Source of the DNA: Antedon mediterranea
Lineage: Eukaryota > Animalia > Echinodermata
DNA length: 64,000 nucleotides
Direction of reading: 5' to 3'
NCBI RefSeq assembly: GCF_964355755.1
Contig: NC_092670.1
Location: forward strand, 4,578,201 to 4,642,200
The first letter of the stretch is position 1. The number at the start of each line of letters is the position of its first letter. The notes under the pieces are model-generated. The model ran no database searches, had not been told where the DNA came from, and was given only the letters and a program-made list of their open reading frames with translations. The position numbers and the translations under genes were made by a program. Positions 12,824 to 22,864 of the stretch are shown in pieces.

Positions 12824-12929
12824 TAATTATGATATTGTAAAAGTATTTCCTGTCTCTACAATAAATTTACACCGACGTCGCTTGGTAGTCAGCTTGGTAG
12901 TAAAACTATCCGAGAATTTTAAGCAAAAA

Positions 12930-14762
12930 ATGGCAAAACGAGAAGATAAAGACCCCGTAAGAAAGTTTGTGGAAAATCTTACAGAATGTTCATTGTGCTT
13001 TGAAGAAGAAATGGACCAGCCTAAATTTCTTACGTGTGGACATTCTTTTTGCTTAAAATGTCTACAGAAGCAATGTGATTCAATTGCAACGAATCAACGT
13101 CAACAGACTGTTTCTGATATTGTGTGTGCTTTGTGTAGAAAGTCAACCCAACTTCCTAGCACTGGTCTAAAAACACTCCCTTCGTCTTTTCTGGTCGAAG
13201 ACGCAAAGGGATGTTTGAAAACTGCTGATAGTTTAGGTCTAACTAAGGTTAGGCTGCCGATGTGTGAGAATTCTGATCATAACCAAGTTTTAAACATATG
13301 GTGTGAAACTTGCTTGGAACTTATTTGTATTCGTTGTCGTAATCAACAATTACATCGTCGACACAATGTGAGTCACATGACTTTTATTGAAGCATTCCAG
13401 AAATATCGTACAAAAAAATACAAATTTGAAAAGAAACTTTCAGCAATGGAAAAAGCTTTTACTGATTCGCGATTGGTACAATCTCAATGCCAAAAGGACT
13501 ATGAATCGTCGGTGAGTGAGATTAACAAATTAAAAAAGGAAAAAAAGAACATAACAAAACGTGCAAACAGGGAACAACAAATGCATAAAAAGATCATTGA
13601 AAAACATCATCAAGAAATTGAATCAATGGTTGATAAGATTAAGAGTATTGAAATACAAAATAGTAAAATTTCAGAATGTGCACAAACCGATTTGGAAAAA
13701 CATAAAATGATTCTAGAGTCATACCAAAAACAGATGGAGAAGATACAGTCTGAAAAACAAGAATTACAGCGTAGACTCGAAATTCAAAATGAAATGATTA
13801 AGAGGTCAGCTATTGCAGAGGGTGCTGGAAGAGAAGAGTTATGTAAATTCAAAACACGCAAAGAGACTTTCGTCCATGATACCGAGAATACAGAAAGAGA
13901 AATAAGAACAATTTGGAAAAGTAGGCCTACAAAGAAGGAAATTGAAGAACTGCTGGAGTCATATAAAAAAACGCTTAAAAATGTACAATCCGAAAATCAC
14001 GAGTTACAGCAAAAAATCAAAACACAAATTGGGTTATTGGTTGATGAGATTGATCGTACAACAGAAAGAAATGCAATTTCAGAACGTGCAGAAAGAGATA
14101 CGACAGGACATAAAATGACTCTGGAGGGATGCAAAAATAAGCTTCAAAATGTGCAATCTGAAAATATAAAGCTACAATTTCAATTAAAAATAGAAATCGA
14201 ATCAATGATTGACGAGATCGAAAGTACAGAGAAAGAAAGATGCAAAATTGCAGAACGCGCAGAGAAAGATATGGAAGAACTTAAACTGATTCTGGATCTA
14301 TATCAGAACGAGCTTGACAAAGTACGGTTTGAACTTTGTAAGATAAAAGATAGGTGCCATTCTTTAGTAACTGAGAATGACATCTTAAAAGTGAAAGTAA
14401 GTAAAACTGCTCAAAGTGCACAGAGAGATAGAACGATTGTAGAAACACAGAATACATTGGTAAAAAAATTAAAATCTGAAAAACATACATTTCAAACGAA
14501 TATGGAAAGCGTAATAATGCAAAGGAATGAACTGGTAGAACAAAATCAAGTGTTCACAATTGTTCTACATCAGCACCACATACACATTAGAGCATTGGAA
14601 ATAGAACAAAATAAAAGCAGACAACGTGAAAGGATACTGACAAGTAATCAAGGGACATTGTTAATCATCTTTATAATCTTCTGTCTTTACTGTTTATATG
14701 AATGGGCGCTATGGACATTGTTGGTTATGATTATTCTATTTTTTTGTTTATGGAGGGTGTAA
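12930..14762 (+). CDS. Intronless TRIM-like E3 ligase (RING, B-box 2, long coiled coil, C-terminal transmembrane segment), copy 1, 610 aa
   Basis: ATG at 12930 (MAKREDKDP, shared by all copies). RING CSLC..CGHSFCLKC..CALC; B-box CENSDH..CETC..CIRC..HRRH; E/K/Q-rich helical region; hydrophobic end [35 protein letters not shown]. Architecture as in TRIM13/TRIM59, but orthology is not established. Confidence 0.88.
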   Translation: MAKREDKDPVRKFVENLTECSLCFEEEMDQPKFLTCGHSFCLKCLQKQCDSIATNQRQQTVSDIVCALCRKSTQLPSTGLKTLPSSFLVEDAKGCLKTADSLGLTKVRLPMCENSDHNQVLNIWCETCLELICIRCRNQQLHRRHNVSHMTFIEAFQKYRTKKYKFEKKLSAMEKAFTDSRLVQSQCQKDYESSVSEINKLKKEKKNITKRANREQQMHKKIIEKHHQEIESMVDKIKSIEIQNSKISECAQTDLEKHKMILESYQKQMEKIQSEKQELQRRLEIQNEMIKRSAIAEGAGREELCKFKTRKETFVHDTENTEREIRTIWKSRPTKKEIEELLESYKKTLKNVQSENHELQQKIKTQIGLLVDEIDRTTERNAISERAERDTTGHKMTLEGCKNKLQNVQSENIKLQFQLKIEIESMIDEIESTEKERCKIAERAEKDMEELKLILDLYQNELDKVRFELCKIKDRCHSLVTENDILKVKVSKTAQSAQRDRTIVETQNTLVKKLKSEKHTFQTNMESVIMQRNELVEQNQVFTIVLHQHHIHIRALEIEQNKSRQRERILTSNQGTLLIIFIIFCLYCLYEWALWTLLVMIILFFCLWRV

Positions 14763-14789
14763 TGCCTCTTGTCTTAGTTCCCGATTTTC

Positions 14790-15424
14790 AGTGCTGTATC
14801 CCTACATACTATAATATTCGTTCAGTATCATAGCCTAGCTCAACCATATACCGTACTATAGTATTCGTCCAGCATCATAGCCTAGCTCAACCATATACAA
14901 TAGTCATAACGTTTAAGACCATGTAGTTTTTATAACAATAGCCCAACCATATACTATAGTCATAAAGTATATGACCGTGTAGTACGTTTATATAACAATA
15001 GCTCAACCATTATACTATAGTCATAAAGTATATGACCGTGTAGTACGTTTATATAACAGTAGCTCAACCAGATACTATATAGTCATAAAGTTTATGGCCG
15101 TGTAGTTTATATAACAGTAGCTCAACCATATACTATAGTCATAAAGTTTATGGCCGTGTAGTTTATATAACAATAGCTCAACCATATACTAAAGTCATAA
15201 TGTTTATAACCGTGTAGTTTATATAACAGTAGCTCAACCATATACTATAGTCATAAAGTTTATAACCGTGTAGTTTATATAACAATAGCTCAACCATATA
15301 CTATAGTCATAAAGTATATGACCGTGTAGTTTATATAACAGTAGCTCAACCATATACAATAGTCATAAAGTTTATAACCGTGTAGTTTATATATCAGTAG
15401 CTCAACCATATACTATAGTCATAA
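14790..15424. repeat. 56-bp minisatellite, left part
   Basis: Unit TAGTTTATATAACAGTAGCTCAACCATATACTATAGTCATAAAGTTTATGGCCGTG; the array resumes at 18297. Confidence 0.9.
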
Positions 15425-18296
15425 TAGTAGAGCAGTTAACGCCATAAAAATAGCCAAATTGTGCACTTTATTACCAAAGAATGAAACTTTCCACAAAGTT
15501 TCTTTGATGTATATAGATTCAAAATATCGGGGGGTGCCAAGTGTCCAACGTCCGGTATGGCGGCCATCTTGATTTCAAAATGGCCACCATAAAAACAAAA
15601 AATGTTCATATCTTGGAAACATATAAACAGTAGATTCTGGTGTTAAATTGTTCACAAACCACATATTTCTATTTATTCTAATGAAAAGTTTCGTCCAAAA
15701 ATGACCGGAAATGGCGTTTCTTCCAGTTTGACTTTTGACCTCTTATCTGTATATCTCAGTAACTACTGATCATTTTCAATCGATTTTGGTGTCATTTTGT
15801 TCAGAATAGAGACATTTATATTTGTAGTAATGAAACATTTTCACATAAAATGACTGGAAATACAATTTATAACCTTTGACATATATAATTATGTGAACAT
15901 ACTGTATGTGGTTTAATTGGTATAAATGCACCTAATTTTTTTACCGAAATAAATGACACGGAATTATTATTCTGAATTTTTAACTTTTGATGTGATAGGA
16001 TAGGCATAAAGTATGACAGATCACTGAGTTCATCTATGCCGACTTGTTTGCTAAACTGTGATGTGTCAATTGTTTTTTCGTTGCATCTATAAAAATGTAC
16101 TTCATTTTTATGGTAATGGGCATTTGCTGTAAACCTTTCATCTGAATCCTTTTCCTCGATTTTCTCTTGTCATTGATTTTTTAACAAAATCCGAACTAAA
16201 TCAATTCGTAAAAGACATCTCAATATAATTATTCAAGTAATCCTCAAATTAGTGACATGGACCTACAATATACTGTTCTGTACAAGACCTGTTTAGGCAT
16301 CCACCTGTGGACTTTCACTTTAAAGGTCTTGGTTTCCTAATCATACAAGAAACAATGTCTAATTTAATCAATCAAAGTAGTGGGTCCAAGACCATCCACA
16401 GACAAAGAAGGGGATATAAGACCATCCACAGACAAAGAAGGAGGTATAAGACCATCCACCGACAAAGAAATAAGACCATCCACAGACAAATAAGGGGGTG
16501 TAAGACCATCCACAGACAAATTAAAGGAGTGCAAGACCATCCACACACAAAGAAAGGGGTGTAAGACCATCCACATACAAAAAAGGGGTGTAATACCATC
16601 AACGGACAAAGAAAAGGGTGTAATACCATCAACAGACAAAGAAGGGGGTATAAGATCATCCACAGGCACAGAAGGGGGGTATAAGACCGTCCACAGAAAA
16701 AGAAAGGGGTGTAAGACCATCCACAGACAAAGAAGGGGATGTAGAACCGTCCACAGACAAAGAAGGGGGTGTAAGACCATCCACCACTGACAAAGAAAGG
16801 GGTATAGGACCACTTACAGACAAAGAAGGGGTATAAGACCATCCACAGATAAAAAAAAAGGAGGTGTAGGACCATCCACAGACAAAGAAGGGGTGTCGGA
16901 CCATCCACAGACAAAGAAGGGGATGTAAGACCACCCACAGACAAAGAAGGGGTGTAAGACCATCCACATACAAAGAAGGGATTATAAGACCATCTACAGA
17001 CAAAGAAGTGTGCATAAGACTATTCACAGACAAAGAAGGGGGTGTAGGACCATCCACAGACAAAAAAAGGGGTATAAGACCATCCACAGACAAAGAAAGG
17101 GGTATAAGACCGTCCACAGACAAAGAAAGGGGTGTAAGACCATCCACAGACAAAGAAGTGTGCATAAGACTATTCACAGACAAAGAAGGGGGTGTAGGAC
17201 CATCCACAGAAAAAGAAGGGGGTGTTAGACCATCTACAGACAAAGAAATGGGTGTAAGACCATCCACACATAAAGAAAGGGGTGTAATCAACAGACACAG
17301 AAGTGGGTATAAGACCATCCACAGACAAAGAATGGGGTATAAGACCATCTACAGACAAAGAAGGAGGGTTAGGACCATATTAACCGAGGAAGCATACAAA
17401 ATAAGATGCAATCAAAATAGGCCTACCACTTGGAAAACAATAAATTGTAGAATAACTGTGGCTTAATTGTTGAAATAGAAAGGGTTCTTTGTAAGGTCAT
17501 TAATAATATATTGATATAAACACGATCATCATACTATTCATTTGACAATCAAATACAGTCTGTCTCGAAAAAAAAGCTCATACTATCACCTTTTCGAGGT
17601 TTTACGGTATTCAATAACATGTATGTTATTTCCTCTGTCAAACTATTAAAACTTTTAGCGAATCAGAAGGTGCCAACATCATTGAACTAATGGTACCACC
17701 AAGCACAATGTTTACCAATTTTATGTACTATAATTTAAGTCCATTAATCATTTAATATAATTACGCCTATCAGGTCAAAGTTCAAAATTAGGTGCACTTT
17801 AGACCAACAAAAACCACATACAGTATATCACATAATTAAAAATCAATAAATTAATGTCAAATGTCATAAATTGTATTTCCGGTCATTTTATGTGAAAATG
17901 TTTCATTACTAAAAATATAAATGTATTTATTCTGAACAAAATGACACCAAAATCGATTGAAAATGACCAGTAGTTACAGAGATATACAAATACGAGGTCA
18001 AAGGTTAAACTGTAAGAAACGTCATTTCCGATCATTTTTGGACGAAACTTTTCATTAGAGCAAATAGAAATGTATAGTTTGAGACCAGAATTAAGTCTCT
18101 AATGTGTATAGTTGCCAAGATATTAACATTTTTTGTTTTTATGGTGGCCATTTTGAAATCAAGATGGCCGCCATACCGGACGTTGGACACTTGGCACCCC
18201 CCGATATTTTGAATCTATATACATCAAAGAAACTTTGTGCCAAGTTTCATGCTTTGGTAATAAAATGCACAGCTCATGTCATTAACTGCTCTACTA
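15425..18296 (-). mobile_element. Academ-like DNA transposon, internally deleted, ~515-bp TIRs, 3-bp TSD TAA
   Basis: Termini TAGTAGAGCAGTTAA...TTAACTGCTCTACTA; TIR similarity spans 15425-15940 vs 17785-18296. Removing the element plus one TAA restores the satellite unit GTCATAAAGTTT. A broken minus-strand reading near 16050-16230 (RIDLV..KSMTRENRGKG..) resembles the XPG-like region of Academ proteins as recalled. Confidence 0.7.
16388..17377. repeat. 30-bp minisatellite inside the Academ-like element
   Basis: Unit GACCATCCACAGACAAAGAAGGGGGTGTAA, ~33 copies; it generates the repetitive ORFs. Confidence 0.92.
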
Positions 18297-18515
18297 TAAA
18301 GTTTATGGCCGTGTAGTTTATATAACAGTAGCTCAACCTATACTATAGTCATAAAGTATATGACCGTGTAGTTTATATAACAGTAGCTCAACCATATACT
18401 ATAGTCATAAAGTTTATAACCGTGTAGTTTATATAACAATAGCTCAACCATATACTATAGTCATAAAGTTTGTGACCATGTAGTTTATATAACAGTAGCT
18501 CAACCATATACTATA
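18297..18515. repeat. 56-bp minisatellite, right part
   Basis: Same unit as 14790-15424, in register across the insertion. Confidence 0.9.
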
Positions 18516-18783
18516 ATTATTGTATTGTCAAGGGCCCTAATGATCAGCTTTGCAGGAAACATGTTTATAATAAAAGCTGTGGTGAAAACAAATATTCCAT
18601 CAAGTCGTCCTTTTGGTTATTCTATTTAAAATTTGCTATTTAACGTCGATATCTGGTTGATGAGTAAAGTTGTTATGATGCCATCTACGAATTAACCCTA
18701 AAGACGACGATGTCATTTGAATTTGGAACTTATTTGTATTCGTTGTCGTACTCATGTATATGCATGATAATAATCATAACCAA

Positions 18784-19497
18784 ATTCTTATTCTTATTCT
18801 TTTATTGCCAAATATAAAATACATGAAGAACACGACATACAAAAAAACAATAGAACCAACTGAGTGAGCTGGCATGGGACACAAAAGCGATCCTAATCAC
18901 TGTGACTTAAAGCCTGAGTTCCCCACTCACCCAGTTTCACAAGCAATGAATATACCATCTTAAAATATAATATACCAAAATTCCAAAGCTAAGTTTAAAT
19001 CATATAAAGAAAATATATATATATATAAAAAGTATATTAAATTACATACATAGGCCTAATCATTATCGGAGAACAAATTTATTTTAAGTTTAGCAAGGAA
19101 TGTAGGGAAATAATCCAATAGCAGGGAATCTTTCACTTCATCATGAATGTCTTCCCACAGTTGCGGGAAGACATGGATAACTGAGCGATGCAAACAGTTA
19201 GTCCGTGCATACAAATGCTTGACGTCGAGTATTGACGCATACATTTTCGCGGATACTTTTTACAATCAATAGAAGTGTTTTACATACAAATGATGTTAAA
19301 AGATAGCTTCTTCGGCTCGATAGACGGGGCCAATTGAGTTGTTTTAATCTAATATCATACTCCATATCTGTTTCAATGCTAGCCGTGTGGCTCTACGTTG
19401 AACAGATTCGATCTTATCAATCAATTTTACAGTCTGGGGAATTGCCATGCGGGAATCGCATATTCGAGTATGGGAATGATAAGAGCTCGGTATAATG
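18784..19497 (-). mobile_element. 5'-truncated CR1-group LINE fragment
   Basis: Minus strand reads LYRALIIPILEYAIPAW..KIESVQRRATRL..LNWPRLSSRRSYL..VFPQLWEDI, then a 3' UTR, AATAAA and an (AATAAG)n-like tail at 18784-18806. Confidence 0.75.
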
Positions 19498-19665
19498 CAA
19501 ATACAGCTGCTGACAAATTACAAAGCAAGCAGACAAATTAAACAAAAAAAAATCAATAGACCTATAATACTTCTGGAAATATTAGTAAGCTATAAACCTA
19601 TTTCTAGATTTACACGTCGTCGACGGCGCTTGGTAGTAAAACTATCCGAGAATTTAAAGCAGAAA

Positions 19666-20727
19666 ATGGCAAAGCGAGAAGATAAAGATCCCATAAGAAC
19701 GTTTGTGGAAAATCTTACGGAATGTTCATTGTGCTTTGAAGAAATGGACCAGCCTAAATTTCTTACGTGTGGACATTCTTTTTGCCTAAACTGTCTACAG
19801 AAGCAATGTGATTCAATTGCAACAAATCAACGTCATCGGACTGTTTCTAATATTGTGTGTGCTTTGTGTAGAAAGTCAACCCAACTTCCTAGCACTGGTC
19901 TAAAAACACTCCCTTCGTCTTTTCTGGTCGAAGACGCAAAGGGATGTTTGAAAACTGCTGATAGCTTGGGTCTAACTAAGGTTAGGCTGCCGATGTGTGA
20001 GAATTCTGATCATAACCAAGTTTTAAACATATGGTGTGAAACTTGCTTGGAACTTATTTGTATTCGTTGTCATAACCAACAATTACATCGTCGACACAAT
20101 GTGAGTCATGTGACTTTTATTGAAGCATTCCATAAATATCGTACAAAAAAATACAAATTTGAAAATAAACATTCAGAAATGGAAAAAGCTTTTACTGATT
20201 TGCGATTGGTACAGTCTCAATGCCAAAAGGACTATGAATCATCTGTGAGTGAGATTGACAAACTAAAAAAGGAAAAAAAAGACATAACAAAACGTGCAAA
20301 CAGGGAACAAAAAATCCATAAAAACATCATTGAAAAACATCGAAAAGAAATTGAATCAATGGTTGAAAAGATTAAGGATATTGAAATACAAAAGAGTACA
20401 ATTGCAGAATGTGCACAAAATGATATGGAAAAACACAAAATGATTTTAGAGTCATACCAAAAAGATATGGAGAAGATACAGTCTGAAAAACAAGAAATAC
20501 AAAAAGAGTCAAATGTATTTCATGATTTCATTACATTCATCTATATTGTCCTATATCTTTACTATTTATATCAATGGCCGTTATACACTATTCTATTAAA
20601 TATTATTACCAGCTGTACATACATAGGTAATAGCGCCAGGATTTCTCCTTCGGGGAGGAGACGAGAGCAATATGTCCCGAGGTGGAGTCCATACGTGCCA
20701 CCCCAAAAAAAGAAGAAAAAGAAGTAA
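19666..20727 (+). CDS. Intronless TRIM-like protein copy 2 (RING, B-box, short coiled coil, TM, poly-Lys tail), 353 aa
   Basis: Near-identical to copy 1 up to IQSEKQE, then jumps to the hydrophobic segment FITFIYIVLYLYYLYQWPLYTILLNIITSC and ends PPQKKKKKK. Confidence 0.85.
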   Translation: MAKREDKDPIRTFVENLTECSLCFEEMDQPKFLTCGHSFCLNCLQKQCDSIATNQRHRTVSNIVCALCRKSTQLPSTGLKTLPSSFLVEDAKGCLKTADSLGLTKVRLPMCENSDHNQVLNIWCETCLELICIRCHNQQLHRRHNVSHVTFIEAFHKYRTKKYKFENKHSEMEKAFTDLRLVQSQCQKDYESSVSEIDKLKKEKKDITKRANREQKIHKNIIEKHRKEIESMVEKIKDIEIQKSTIAECAQNDMEKHKMILESYQKDMEKIQSEKQEIQKESNVFHDFITFIYIVLYLYYLYQWPLYTILLNIITSCTYIGNSARISPSGRRREQYVPRWSPYVPPQKKKKKK

Positions 20728-21303
20728 AACAACCTGTATGCTGCAGCATCAATAGCCCGATAAGCCAACAGTAGGCCTGCACTATTTACGTTCATGGTAC
20801 AGTACTAAAATACTATATATGCTTGTAATCTCAACATTTTTAATCGACAAACGTGGCAAAGTATTCCAACGAAGAAAGTGATTCAATGGTCAAAATTATT
20901 TTTATTTACATGACTATAAAGATTCATATCAAACGAAATCAATTCAAAGCTACGGTAAATGTTACAGGCCTTAAACATGCCATGGACATGCGCACATGAA
21001 TGAATCCCTGTTCCAGAGATGTAGGCCTAGAAAAATTATTTCGACTACACCAAGTCTTTCTTTTCTACTTTACGATTTGTGAAATTTTAAGCAAAGTAGC
21101 ATTTGAAACAGATATAAATCCAAAAGCAAACTACTGAAAAAATGGCAATGATTTATTTATTCTTACAACCAACAGTGAAAGGCACCAATTACATGTTGTT
21201 GTTGTTGCGGGTAGCAGTGGCTGGATCTCAATGGATAAAGAAAATAAAATAGAGCAAAAAGCTAAATCAAAACGATAATTAAGTAAAACAGCCAGAAAAA
21301 TTA

Positions 21304-21340
21304 GCAGAGCTTTCGGGTAACACTAGCCCTTCATCAGTGC
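21304..21340 (-). ncRNA. Minimal type I hammerhead ribozyme (Penelope-type)
   Basis: Minus strand GCA-CTGATGA-A-GGG-CTAGTGTTA-CCC-GAAA-GC-TC-TGC: intact core, stem I GCA/TGC, stem II GGG/CCC, palindromic stem III AGCT. Confidence 0.7.
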
Positions 21341-21844
21341 AAATGAGAGTACTTGGACATATTAATTATATAAGAATAATTATAAACCAAGAACAATCAT
21401 GATTTAGGAAAAGTATGGAACCATGGATAATCACATTTGAATATTTATGGGAGAGTTTTTGTTACCTTTATTGATTTAAAATGTGCATTGAATATTCGAT
21501 TCCAAATTAATACCAAACTTACAATATGGATCAGAGATCTGAGGTTTTAAAGAAATCTGGAATATTGAACAGATTCATAACCAGTTGTGTCGAGATATAT
21601 GTTCTAGGAATTGCGCCAACATCTTAACCCTTTGGACGATTTCTTTATCTTATCTTATTTCTTTAACAACAATTACTTAATATTATTTGATATTGGTTAT
21701 TATATTATTTAGACCGACATACAATAGTACATTTATTTCAAAGTCTTTTCAAATAGTAAGAGATTAATCTTTTTTCTTTAAAACTCTATTTAAAACATGG
21801 AGAACAGAAATTGGTCGATAAATTAAGTAATTATGTTTTCCCTC

Positions 21845-22555
21845 TCTTCAAATGCATGTATGCATTTGCAACTATTGCAACTATTCATTTAATATTAAAA
21901 GAAAAGTCCTCGATGCTGCTTTATTGTCCAGTATATTATATAGTTGTGAATCATGGATGTCAAATTCATTTAAATCTATTCAGGTATTATATATGTCAGC
22001 GATAAAAGCACTCTTAAGAGTTAGATCATCCACAGCTAATGATATTTGTCTGATCGAACTGGGTTACCCGTCAATTGACGCCATGGTAAAGCAGGTTCAA
22101 TATAAGTTTTTTAATAAAACATTAAATGAAAGGGAGAATATGAATGACGACCCGTTTATGATGGCATGGTCAATATGTCGACTTGCTCAAACTCCATTTT
22201 ATCGTTGTTTGTAGTATTTTAGAGATTCTTGATCACCGTAATAATGATATAACTAGATTTCGTAACCGTGTGTTAGAATCCACGCGTACTAAAATTTGTA
22301 CATATTGTCTCACTTTGAATCCTTCTCTCGATATTCATCCGATGTATTTTGATCATAATGTACCTGAGCATGAAAGGTTAGCTTTCTCACGTTTACGACT
22401 TATATCGTTATAACCTTGGAATAGAAACCGGGCGGTGGTCTTGCACTCCACCCGATGAACGTCTTTGTAAATGCGGCAAAGTGCAGACCGAGCTTCACGC
22501 ATTATGTGGACACTGTTATCCTCAGTTGTCAATAAAAGATAATAATAATATGTGT
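21845..22555 (+). mobile_element. LINE 3' fragment (CR1/L2-group, RT C-terminus plus Cys/His motif) inserted upstream of TRIM copy 3
   Basis: Reads KVLDAALLSSILYSCESW..LLRVRSSTANDICLIELG..AFSRLRL..IETGRW..ERLCKCGKVQTELHALCGHC with stops and frameshifts. The flanks are contiguous upstream of copy 1 (TTATGTTTCACC|TTTCTTTGAGGAT). Confidence 0.75.
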
Positions 22556-22864
22556 ATTTCTTTGAGGATCGAATTAGTGTTTTTATGCGACTCTACTGTA
22601 TCTTTTTCAATTGTTAAAAGAACTGTACAATTTAATTTACATTCTAGTTTGTGGTTTATTTCACAATTGTATTGCACAACAACTAGCAAAAGTGAAGGCA
22701 AAAGTTGAAAGTTGAAATACAAAGCAGATAAAAAATACAATCAATAGACCTTTGTACTTCATTAAATTATGATTTGTAAAAGTATTTCCTGTCCCTCGAT
22801 AAATTTACACCGACGTCGCTTGGTAACAAGATTGGTAGTGAAATATTCGAGAAATTAGCAGAAA

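Noticed and set aside
12810-12929. N-terminal extensions of the TRIM ORFs given by the ORF track (also 19495-19665)
   Set aside because: Start is TTG or not shared between copies; all three copies share the ATG of MAKRED in an AAAATGG context.
16307-17466. Repetitive ORFs on both strands (also 29150-29912, 46739-49226, 55427-55661, 57433-57847)
   Set aside because: They are translations of minisatellites within introns or transposons.
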